Notes under the pieces: model-generated
The model's input: only the letters and a program-made list of their open reading frames with translations
Database searches by the model: none
Told to the model about the DNA's origin: nothing
In this document: positions 1 through 11,059 of the stretch, one piece after another
Layout: each line of letters starts with the position of its first letter
How positions within the stretch are numbered: position 1 is the first letter of the stretch
Assembly: GCA_965178125.1 (NCBI GenBank)
Contig: OZ237747.1
Span: 930,001 to 994,000 of the forward strand
DNA length: 64,000 bases
Direction: 5' to 3'
Origin: Bilabrum cf. latius
Lineage: Eukaryota
Made by a program: the position numbers and the translations under genes

Positions 1-2391
1 CTACAGCGAGTTGAGAGCCTGCATGAAGTCAGAGTGGATGGTAGACAGCGAAGCACCGAGGACTCGGCCCCGCGCTCCGCCGGTGCTCATCGTTCGGATG
101 GGCGAGAACTGGCTGACGGTGTCGGCCACTTCGCGGAGCTCCCTTGCGCGCTGTGCCATTGCATCCAGGCGCGCGAACAGCGCAGTTGCTTGGAATCGCC
201 ACGCAGCATCAGGCACCTCAAACACGGACCTTGCCTTGTAGTCAAAGTACACAGACCGGAAGCGCGCACAGAGCCCGAGGACCTGTTCCATCGCCTCTTG
301 CGCCTTGGTCGCTTCCTAATCCCCCAGCAGCTGCACGCCGCGTGTCGCCCTGGTGCAGACTCGGATGATAGCGTTGCTGATCTGCCGGAAGAGTACCACC
401 ACGCGAAGCGGTCGGCGGTAGGTTCCCTCGCCGTACTTCCATGCCAGCTGCACGATGTGCACGATGGGGCGGAGCAACTCCTCCGCCTGGCCAGTGCTGC
501 TGGCGGCCTCAAGTTGCTCGGCCCAGGGCCGCAGCGGCTCCAGCAGCTTGGCAATCTTACGAGCGGTGTCACGGGACCTGATCAGCTCAGCGCAGAGCCG
601 TCCAAACGAGGACTCGTAGGCAGATCTCGCCTTGGCGAGCACCTACAGGACCCGCCTCGCCCTCGGGCTGGCTAGTTGCTCTACGATCGCGTCGAGCCTC
701 ACGACCTGACCCGCCCAGAAATCCAGCTCGAAGGACGGTCCTGGGTGCCTGCGACGGTCACAGCACGGTGGCAGCCCCACGTCCAGCATGGGGGCGCCTT
801 CAGGAACGTTCTCTCCCTCGGGCTCCCTTCGGAGCACCCTGTGAATGGCCCTCGTCCAAGACAGCACCACCTGCTCCAGCACGTGGACGATCTGCCGGCG
901 TCTCGACTTGCTCGACTTCTTGCCTGGCTGCGTGGCACTGCTCGCAGTGGAACCCATCGATGGCACGGGGTTGCGGGCAGGTTCCATCCCGCGAGACGGG
1001 CCGCCAAAGGCACCCGCGCTGCCGTGGATGGGGGGAAGCGTAGGCACCCGGGAGGAAGTCGACGGTGACGGTGCTGGCTGCCGGTTGCCCGCCCATGCGC
1101 CACCGCGGACAGCCTCGCTGAACGTGGGGCTGGCTGCAGAAGCCATAGACACAGACTCGCTGCCGTCACCGCCGGCCTCTCCGGTCGCTAGATCGAAGAG
1201 AACGTCCGGGGAATCCGGCATGGACAGAGGCTCCCTGCCCTGCGTGCGGCCTAGCGCAGTGTCCAGGGATTGCGCAGCCACTTCCGCCTGTCTCACCACC
1301 TGCGCCCCTAGTGCCGTGCTCCAGGTGCTCCTGTTCTTGCGATTGCGCAGAAGGGGCAAATACACCCGGCTGGTGACGAGCTATAGCTGCTGCAGGGCGG
1401 CCACGCCTGCCAGACCTCCGCCCATCTAAGCCGCCGATTCCCAAGCCTGCCGAGCAACCCTGCTGCCCCTCTGGGCCGTACTGCGAGGACCCCCGCGCGC
1501 TGATTCGCTGCCCCAGCTGCCCACCGGTGCCCGGGCAGGAGGGAGGGGGCCGCTCGTAGACCCACGAGACCCGCCATTCGGAGTCCAATGCGAGCTAGAC
1601 CCTGCACCTGCCCCAGCCCCTGCCCCAGCATCGGCCCGGCCAGCACCGGTGCCGCCTTGGAGGGCGAGGGCAAGGGGATGCATCGAAGCATTACCACCAA
1701 GAGGATCGCCGTCACTTGCAGCCGCTTCTCTAGCGCTAGCGAGCGGACTATCGGGACGTACGCTGCCCGCCACAGAGCTGCTCGCTCCGTCCCGCCTTGC
1801 ACTGCTGGCAGGTGCTCCAGCTCTGAGTCCCTCTTCCGCTGCATCTATGGCCTGGGCACTGGCCAGCGAGCCGACAACGACCTCTACCTCAACGTCCTCT
1901 TCTGTGAGAGGCCCTGCATGCAGTTTATACACGTATACGCACCTTGCAGGTGGTGCATCTGCCGGTACGGATCCTCGGCTAGCGTGCGATCCAGGCGCAC
2001 GTCCTCCTCCGCTTGCTCGCTTCCACCGCTTGAACGCAGCCCCCACGGCATACACGAGAGAGCGTCCGTCCATGGTTGCAAACATCCCGCCACCTGCAGC
2101 CTCACATGCGTACAGCACGCGGCTTGGCCCATCGCTAAACTCAGATGCAACTCGATTGAATTCGGCGGAGCTCAGAAAAGCGGATAGCCCAGCAGGCTCA
2201 GTGCTGTCTCCGGCGAACGCACCAACATTTGACGACTCCTATGTTGTTTCAGATGAGGTGAGAGACCGCATGACGGATCGAATGGCGGATGCGATATATG
2301 AGCACCTCCTATCCGATTGATTGAGTGACCGACGGCTTGTCGCAGCTGTCCCGACGGACTTTCTGTCGTCAGCATCACCCACTGATGACAT
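1..2391 (-). CDS. Axonemal dynein heavy chain, N-terminal (DHC_N1) region; continues beyond the window start
   Basis: One frame from ATG 2391 (upstream in-frame TAA at 2401-2403) joins track ORFs 1426-2118, 643-1365, 316-642 and 1-291. It is broken only by TAG at 2239, 1426, 1381, 643, 316 and 1. Motifs VYLPLLxNxxNxxxW, VHVLEQVVLSW, HPGPSFELDFW, VVLFRQISNAII, LFARLD and GGARG are typical of outer-arm dynein heavy chain tails. Confidence 0.85.
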
Positions 2392-2930
2392 ATGGCTACT
2401 TTACAATCCAACAAATCGGCGGTTCTTTCAAGCAAGCCGTCCACCGTTTCGGAGGAAATCTTCCTGACTCGAATCCGCCAGCAACTTGCCTATTGAGGAA
2501 ATCTGCTTGGCTCAAATCGAGCAGGGCTGCGGCAAAGCACTGCCTATTGTAGTCTCCAGTTGAAATGTACCAACGACGCCTGCAATCAAGATTGGTGGAA
2601 CGGCACAGGCCTGATCAATATACAGCCGTTTGGTCGCCGCTTTGGTGGTGTGGCCGGTCGCAACCATTGTGCGACCGGGCAAGGCGGGGTGCTGTGCTGC
2701 CGGCGTGCAGCCGACTATTGATGTGCGAGATAGTCATGGATGCCCCAGTCACAGCATGTTCACATAAACAAGATTTGCACGGACAGGTGATTGCTTTGAA
2801 ACGTCCGCTGTCGCCGACGGCGTTGCTTTCAGTTGGTGGTTGCTTTGCCAGTTGAGTGAACCTTCACGAAGCCGCACCAACAGATGCAATTGAATTTTGT
2901 GGCGTCTGCCCTACATTGGTGGGAATTTAC

Positions 2931-5900
2931 ATGTACATGCTAGATCGTGACTATTAGAATGTAAGGTAGGAGCGGGAAGCGGCCGATAGGCATCATGCTC
3001 GCTTGCGTGCGCAACAAACTGCGAGCGAAGTCAGACAGAGCGGTTTTGGGTTGCCGGTGCGAAGACTACCAAGTACCGCCGTAGCATTTGGCAGCTCTGA
3101 AGGTCGTAAGAATTCTGGTTTCAAATAGGGAATTGTTGGTCGCGACAAGCCTCGGTCATCGCGCAAAGCCCGCAAGCCAAAGCGATTGAGCAACCAGAGA
3201 CGATCCAGCCGAGTGACCCAAGGGCAGAGGCATCAGACGGCCAGTCCGAATGGATCAGGAACCATCAGAATGCGAGTGTCAGCTACTCCAAGTTCCGACT
3301 CGATGTGGGGTCTGGGCGCGCTGGGAGGCACACTGCACAGTCAAACAGGTCCAACGTCCGCTGGCCGCTCCACAGCGGGACCCAGCATAGCGAGAAAGGG
3401 CAGGGTGCGGTCGATTCAGGGAAGAACGGGGGGCTTGGTAGCCAAGCAGCAGCCGCTGCGAAGCCTCGCCACCACCTTCGTGCCGTCGGACTCCATACCT
3501 CTGGACCCGGAGTCGCTCCACGAGCTCGGCCGCCTGGCCCGCCAGAGGAAACGAACCGCGAGCTCGAGCTCGAGCCACAGAAAGAGGGGGGCGAGAACGA
3601 GTGCCACAACCGGTCGCAAGCGCCGGGGCTCCCCAGTCCTCATCGCGACTCTGCCGAGCCCAAACACGGCAGCATGCTCCCCCCCACCGAAGAGCAAGGG
3701 CAAGGGCAAGGGCAAGGGCTCTGGCAAGACGAAGAGGATGGTCAGACGGGCCAGAAACAGCACAAACAAGACGCGAATTTCAAAGCAAGGACCGAAGCGA
3801 ACCCAGCGTGCCGCAAGAGCGACCAAGGCCGGTGCCGCGGGTTCCGAGCTGCAAGCCGTGATTGCCGCTGCAGCGACCGCTGCAGTGCGCCAGGCTCTCG
3901 GCATGCATTCAATTGCAGTGCAATCTGACGATCGCCTAGAGCAAGCTTCCGGTCCAGTATCCAACGCTTAGCCCAAGGCCACGGGAGTCACTACCGGCCC
4001 TTAGCCCAGGGCCACGAGTGACTCCCGTGCGAGCGAGACAGCTGCCGGCCCTTAGCCCAGGGCCACGAGTGACTCCCGTGCGAGCGAGACAGCTGCCATT
4101 CACGACAGAGAAACGGGCGGGCAACTGAACCAAGAAGGTAACGGGGGTGCGGGGCGGTACAAGGACGACTGGGAGGTCGAAGGTGGCGATCAGCGGGAGG
4201 GCAGCAGCAGGCAGGGGTACAGCGGCAGGATCCATGCAGCCAAGCTTCTGGAAGAAAGATCGGCCCGTATGCTGCAGGCAGCGAGCGCTCTCGCCTCTGC
4301 TGCTGCCCTTCGAGGGCAGCTACAGGGGCCTGTCGCCATGTAGCACGACAGGCAGCAGCACAGGGCGCAAGTCGAGGCTGATAGGATGCTGCAGCAGCGA
4401 GCACCAGCAGGCCGCATGGCTTCGCCGCTGTCCGTGTCGCCTGGCCCCTCTGCCGGCGTTAGTCCTGTTCCTGTTCGCGGCAGAAGAGAGGGAGAGGTAG
4501 ACGTGCGGGGAGTGGCAGCACCTAGCGCGAGTGGCTCCGCTGCTGTCGCAAGGGATAACATGGATGGCGATGAGGCCTCCCCGAATGGCGATGAGGCCTC
4601 CATAAACGGCGATGAGGCCGCACCGTATGTTGGCTCGCGGCTCTCTATCCCGCCTCTTCCAATTCCAGAGCCGAAGCCTAGCGGTCCCAGCGTGGGCGGC
4701 TCGATGTAGTCAAGTCGGCGTTCCCACAGCGCCAGTGCCAGCGCAAGCGAGGAAAGGGGGACAAGCCGGACAGGCTCCGGCGTGGAATCATCCGACGCCC
4801 GCTCGAGACCAAGCGCGCGCATGGGGTCTGCAAGGAGCAGCACTCGAAGCCAGGCGAGCCACCGATTTGACGAAGCGCGCAGGAGAATCAGCAGGAGCAC
4901 AAGCGGAAGCCAAGACGGTGGGAGCCTTCCGAATGGTTTGCACGCCAGCCGTGGCGTGGTCGAGTTCGCTCCCGGCAGCAGCGATTCGGAAGGGCGCAGG
5001 GAGTTGCGCAGGGAAGGCTGGAGGGTCTTCGCGCCCATGATTCCACCGTCAGAGCAGCCGCACTCTGCGCCAATAGATCGCAGTGCTCGAGGCAGCATCG
5101 AAGAGAGCAACGCAGACCCTAGGAAAATCGCGCAGTCTGCACCGGCATCCCCTCGAGGCAGTCTCAGCCTGAGCAGCAGCGGATCCGATGGTCGATAGGC
5201 AGCCAGCGAGCCCATGATGGCTGCCTCGAGCGGCGTTCCACAGCAGATGCCGGGGTCCCTCTACAGCGCGAGGCGATCGCCCGATCCATCCGACCAGCGG
5301 GCACGAGCGTCAGAACCTACCGGCGGCAAGCAGGTGTACAACGTGTCTGCCCGCCCAGTCGAGGGTAGCTTCTCTTCCTCGCGACGGGGGGCACAGCAAG
5401 GCAGATCAGGCAGCAACACGAGCAATGGCAGGAGCAACAGGTCGAGGCGATCGAGACGGAAGCTCAAGCACTTCGGCGACAGAGCTGGCAAGGCAGAGCA
5501 GGGACTCCAGAGGAACAGCCGGAGTGTCCGTAGGGGGAGCGCACGGAGCAGAAGTCGGAGCCGGAGCAGCGCTTCTCGGTAGAAAGCGATGGTATACGAC
5601 GTTGAGGTGTCTCTTCCTGACGGGGTGATGCCCGCCGGGACGCCGAATGCGTCGTCTGGCTCTAGTTCCAGGATCAGGGGACGATCCAGGGCCAGCTCAA
5701 TTCATGCGGCCGATGGAGTCGCGGGGAGCTCTGCACGAGGTAAAGTCGAGGACATTGTGGATGATGGGACTGGGCGTGGTGGCAGGCAGGCAGACACGCG
5801 GGCGGACGACCTCTCGAGCATCCAGTACGGAGTAGATGGCCGGTCGTACGAGTTTGCCTCAGTTGGCGAGAGCGGCATTGAAGATGCGAACGGGGTGCTG

Positions 5901-6761
5901 CACACGTTGGATGGGACACGATCCGCGGTTTCGCCGAGGCAAGTGCCTGGCCGAGAGAGCTCCGAGGGGCCGCTGGCGGCAGGCCGTGGGAACACCCGAC
6001 GGGGATCCGCGCACAGCCGACACGACGCGATCAGCGAACCTTCCTTCAAGGCAGCCGAGAATACCAAGCGAAAGAAGCGGCTCGATTTCCTCGTGGAGAT
6101 GTCGAGGGAACACGAGGAGGCCCTCGAGGCGCTGGCGCAGGAGCTCCGCCTCATCAAGCTGCAGGCCGAGAAGACCGACGAGGCCCGGAAACAGGCGCTG
6201 CTTCGTGCGGTCGAAGAAGCCAGGGAACAGCAAGCGGCACTGAGTGCGAGCATGCGGAGGCTGGGGTACAGCGAGGGCCAGGCGATGGGGCGGGCGCAGG
6301 GGCTGCTGGACGGTGCTGCCGCGGGCCTGAGTCACGCGGTGGCTGCGCATGACGTGGCGAGCGGATCCATCGGTTTCGGGGGTGTATCTGCCGCTGCTGC
6401 TGGCGTTGGCGCGGGAAACTCTCGCAGGATTGCGTTTGGCGACGAGGAGCAGCTTCAGCTCGGTGTCACCGCAGGAGGGCCGACTCAGCAGGCTAGCAGA
6501 AACGGAACACCAACGCGGGCCAGTGGGCGACTTGGATCTCCAGCTCGGTCGGGTGGGCATGCGCTGGATGCCACGCTCGGATCGGACTATTATTCGCGTA
6601 GGACTCCTGGCTGGGTGGGCTCTCCGATCGTACGATCGCCGGCCCAGAGCGTCGTTGCTCCGCCAGCGCGACTCGAGCGGCACGGCAATCAGCAGAATCC
6701 TCTGCAGCTGGACGCGGCACTGCTGTCCGCGAGGCTCGTCCATTGGAGCATGAGTAACTAA
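2931..6761 (+). CDS. Large (~1270 aa) low-complexity Ser/Arg/Gly-rich protein with a C-terminal coiled-coil; function unknown
   Basis: Single frame from ATG 2931 (or 2937) to TAA 6759-6761, joining ORFs 3186-3971, 4386-4709, 4782-5198, 5214-5582 and 5589-6761. There are ten in-frame TAGs (2955, 2967, 3126, 3969, 4002, 4053, 4341, 4707, 5196, 5580) and no TAA or TGA. Coiled-coil-like segment EHEEALEALAQELRLIKLQAEK. Confidence 0.7.
3995..4096 (+). repeat. In-frame 51-bp tandem duplication inside the CDS
   Basis: Two identical copies of cggcccttagcccagggccacgagtgactcccgtgcgagcgagacagctgc, each carrying an in-frame TAG. Confidence 0.9.
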
Positions 6762-6911
6762 ACCGTAGTTCCCATCGATCAAGCAAGCTAACTTAGCAAT
6801 TCTGGTGCCACAGAGCATGCCCAGCTCGATCTGGCTCGAGTGGTCACACCCTCGTGGCCACTGCTCCAACTGCATCTTGCCACATATCACTCCCATCAAG
6901 AGGCAACAGCG

Positions 6912-7460
6912 ATGATCTCTGTAGACTCAATGCTTCGATTCTCAGTATTTCTTACATTTGTGGGCCACGGCGGGATCGCGTTGATGGGGGGCTCCCCGAA
7001 ATGGCGGAATTATTTGGCAACCGCTGGAATTCGCGAACACAAGGCCTAGACGACTACCTTCTTCGCTGTTGGGCTTCTTGACGTCGTGGTGGCCATTGTA
7101 TGCTTGTTTGTATGGTGTCCTGTTGAAGTGATAACTTGGGCTGCCGCCTGGGGCTGCGCAACTGCCGCGATGCGACCTCTTTCGGGAGAGAATCTTCTCG
7201 AGTTCGTGGAGCGTGGCGGCAATTTTGTCCCGGCCATGGCTCTCGTGAATATGGTGGCATCGAATCAAATGACATCGTCGCTTCTGGGCATTCGTGGGCC
7301 AGCAATGGCAGTTTTGGCAAGGTCGCTCCTGCCCCCGATTCTGGTTGGCAATCTGTCGAACGGCGTGCTCGCCCAGATGGTCGTGTTTGTGGGCTATCTG
7401 GTCGTGCTGGGATTGATCAGCGTTGCACTGCGAGCCATGGGCGGCATCAAGCGCAATTGA
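6912..7460 (+). CDS. Small multi-pass membrane protein resembling bacterial DoxX-like hypothetical membrane proteins
   Basis: ATG 6912 to TGA 7458-7460 with one in-frame TAG at 7047. Motifs LRxxxxxxFxGHG, W..Y...GI, GLLD and WGxATAxMRPLSGExxxEFVERGGNF, plus hydrophobic helices. AATAAA at 7473. Confidence 0.7.
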
Positions 7461-7551
7461 TTGCACTTTGAGAATAAAATGGTGCTCTCTACAAGTTGGA
7501 CTGTGCATGCAAGCCATTTCATGTCTGGCATTTGATCCACAAACCAAGGGC

Positions 7552-8613
7552 TCAAGATGACCCCTCCTTGCTCTCGGACGAACCAGCACCCTTCTTTCCC
7601 GATGCGGCGTCCTCGTCCTCTTTCTTGGCAGCCTCGGCCCCCGCTACGATGCTCGACCGCTCGAGCGCGCCCGCACCCTTTGCGAGGTGGTCGATCTCCT
7701 TCGCGCCGTCGAGGGCCGCTCCCGCCCCCGCTGGGATAGGCATGCTCGCTTCAACCTGTCGCGCTGATGGCGCCGGGATGGTGACCCACACCTTGCCGTC
7801 TTTCGGGGGCTACAGCACCCACCCGAACGGCTTGCAGCAGATCTCATCGAAAGAGTCCTTTGCCAGTCGCAGGATTCTAAGGGCCTCGTCCAGCTCGATA
7901 GTTTCAAAGCTGCGCGCGATGTACGCGATTGCCCGCCCTCTTACGATACCGATGGTGTTCCTTGCTAGAGCCTGCAGCTGCTCGGGCCAAGACTGGCTGG
8001 TCAATGCCTGCAGGCAGGCCGCTGTGTCGCTGCGGCAACTGGCGATAGCGATCGAGATGGAACACGAATACAGGAGGAAATGAAGAGCTATCAAAGGATT
8101 CATCTTAACTTCATTTTCTCACTTTCGCCGGAGGGCCCTTGCTGCTTGGTAGGCAGACGCAAACTCCTTCCTATCCCGTGTGGCGGTCGTAGCCCGCTCG
8201 TGGGTAAACCGAGCTTCAGGGCTGCGAAATCACAATTTCATGGATACTTAACAGTCGACATAGTAGAAGCGATGCCTGAGGTCGGCTCTATGTTTTGTCT
8301 TGAGCAGCTCACATCGTGTTGTTGCAGATAGCACATAGAATCTACGCAGTTTGAGCTCTTGCTACGACAGCCGCTGCCAGAGGAGGCTATGTCTGCGAAG
8401 CACCGTCAAATAAAAGGAACAAACGGATTCAGGGCCCACAGTCCACGGATGGGGCATAGATGTGAAGATGGCGCTCACCAGCTCAAGTTCGTCTGCGAGA
8501 GGGCCCATGACCGCTGGTTCACCTGCATGAGAAGCTGCCTGAAACTGCGCCAGCCGCGTCTCCACCTATTGTTTGTGTCCACTACTGCCTGATGCTGCCG
8601 ATGCGGACGCCAT
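7552..8613 (-). CDS. CSN8: COP9 signalosome subunit 8-like (PCI/CSN8-PSMD8-eIF3K family), intron-containing
   Basis: ATG 8613 to TGA 7552, with in-frame TAG at 8566 and 7810. The spliced model gives ELEL...ASLLLCRLPEARFTHER...AYQAARALRRNDTAACLQALTSQSW...RGRAIAYIARSFETI...GW, which follows the CSN8 pattern (ELE / ARYLWKR / W / RAFALVSQAYTSI / GW). Candidate GT-AG introns are 8030-8122, 8222-8252 and 8276-8312, plus one upstream. Confidence 0.65.
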
Positions 8614-8737
8614 TTACGCACAGATATACCTAAGAACGCCATGATCCAAAGTATGAATTTAATACTATTGCACGTAACATTCACTCGTCATTCAATTGTA
8701 GCAGAGCCAAATTCCAGATTTGGCACCGCTGCGACTC

Positions 8738-10969
8738 ATGAGAGATATAAGTAGCCTTGTAAATCAGCTCTTGGGGTTACTTAATGGAAGCCTAACGCTG
8801 ACACTAGAGAGGGGAGGCCATGGACGTTGGCTGGGAGAGGCAACTGCGAAGTGCAGCCGAAGCTTGCTGTAGAGAGCTGCAAAGCTTGCTATTGAAAACT
8901 TGCCAAAGTCGAAATCCTCCGACCAACTTTGGAGTACAATGAAAGCTCGTTTAGTGGCTGCGATGTCGCGAAGCTTAGGCGATGAATTCGCGGCATCCGC
9001 TGCTTCGAGCGCAGATTCCAAACCATCCGCCAAATCGAAGGCGTTTTTGGCTTTGGCTTCTCTCCTCCTGGGGATTGGACATGGATTTCCCCCAGAAAAT
9101 GTGTCAGAGGCGATGCAAGCAGTAGTGACTGCTGCAAAGGGAGCTCGAGCATCCTCTGTAAGTGATGCGGTGCCGGCAAAGACGGCTGCGACACCCGGGC
9201 AGAGCAGTGCCAGGGCGCTTCGCAGAGCTATCCAGTCACAGGTAGAATGCCACGGTCGCTGTGCCGCCCGGCTAGCGGTGGGAGCCCCGGTCAAGCAGCA
9301 GCAGCTGTCTCTCGCGAATGGTTCCCAGCCGGCTGGATCTGCTGCTCCTGCCGACAGCTCCACGGCCCAAGGAGGTGCAAGCGGTGGTGTTTCAAAAGGA
9401 AGCAGCGGCGCCGGCGGCGATACTTCACAGCCTGCACCCCCCAGCACCGCAGCGACAAGTAGCAGCGGCAAAGGTGGCAGTGGGAGCGCTATAATCGCCG
9501 AGAGCAGCAGCAAGAACGCGGCGCGGCCTGCCCCCCTGTCGGAACCCCTCGCCGCTCTGCCCTGCTTTTGCGACGCCCGTCAGGGACACGCTTGGATGAG
9601 AGACGCGTGCGTGTGGGGAGCTGCTTTCGCCGACGAGATCCTGCAGCTGGATGCCCTCAGGACCGACGGAGGGGGCAGCTCTGCCAGCACTGGCGGCGCT
9701 GGTGGTACCCCCGCCGCTGCCGCTGCCGCTGCCGCTGCCACGGTAGCAGCCGAGGCAGCCTCCTCTGCTGGATCCATCACGAGCTCCAAAGGTAGCAGCA
9801 CTGGCAAAATCGAGTCTCTGATCGGCATCGGTGTGGCCCCGCCTCCCACAGCCAACCAAGTCCGCATCCGGGCGGCGACGGCGAGGGACATTGGCACCGT
9901 GATGCGCTTCGTCCACGAGCTGGCTGAGTTCGAGCGGGCGCCCGATGACGTGGCGACCACGGCACGGGGGCTTCGATTGCTGGCCGCAGCTAGGGGTCTC
10001 GGCGGAGAGGGCAAGGGTCAGGCGGAGCAGATGACCACCGCACCGTCCTCCTCTTCCTCCTCTTCCTCCTCTTCGTCCAAGTCATCGTCGGCTGCCAGCG
10101 CCTCCTCTTCCACGGCGTCAGTCGGCAGTTCTGGCGGCCCCGGCAATCCCGACGTCGATTTCATGCTCCCGGGGGACAAGGAGGACAGCGACCAGGGCAT
10201 CGCCTTCTCGTCTTCTCAGTTTCACGTCATGATCTGCGAGGAATTGGAGCTGTCCGCCGGCGGCTCTGGTAAGGCCTCCGATGCCCAGGCCCCCATGGAT
10301 GGGTCCTTAGAGTCCGATGCAGCTGGCGAGGATGTGGAGCAAGAACCGAGCGCAAAGCGGGCGAGAATTGATGCCGGTCCTGCCGCTGGGGATGGCAAAG
10401 ACAGCTCAGACGGTGGCGCTGGCGAAGGCGATCAGCCGGAAGGCTCCGGCTCGCGAGCGCCTGGCTCTACCGCGGGTGACGGGTGGAAGCCCGTAGCCAT
10501 GGCGTTTTTCTATCCCACTGTAAGCACTTGGAAGGGCCGCTGCATGCACTTAGAAGACCTCTACGTGAGCCCTTCCCACCGCAGGTCCGGCATCGGGACT
10601 CGGCTGATCTCGGCGGTGTGCGCGGCAGCTTCGATCAGTGGTTGCGCGAGGGTGACCTGGCAGGCCCTCGACTGGAACACGCCTGCCGTGAAGTGCTACC
10701 ACAGACTAGGCGCCACTGAGCTGAAGGAGTGGATGGATTTCAGGCTGGAAGGTGCGGGTGTGCACAAGGTGGCTGGGCTGGGCGCAGATGGTCCGGTGGC
10801 TGCGGGGGCACCCTAGTAGGGAGAGCTGGCTTCCCCAGGAGAAAAGAGGACGAGGGGGGGAATATCGGCAGTGGGCCCTTCGCTGCAGGGCGGAAGAGCT
10901 GTGAGCAAAACAGCCTTCTCAGCTGCGGCACGCAAGGTGCAGGATTGTAAGCCTGCCTAGGGCTGGTGA
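8738..10969 (+). CDS. GNAT N-acetyltransferase, diamine/spermidine acetyltransferase (SSAT/SAT2)-like, with long low-complexity extensions
   Basis: Motifs IRAATARD..MRFVHELAEFER, FYPTVSTWKGRCMHLEDLYVSPSHRRSGIGTRL and WQALDWNTPAVKCYHRLGA. The frame runs from ATG 8738 through TAG 8870, TAG-TAG 10814-10819 and TAG 10958 to TGA 10967-10969. Confidence 0.85.
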
Positions 10970-11059
10970 GGAGTCGAACCTGCTCGTGTATATTGACGTT
11001 AGAGTTCATTCGGTACAGTCACTTTCAGCACGAACTATGCGCGTCTAGGATTGACCAAT

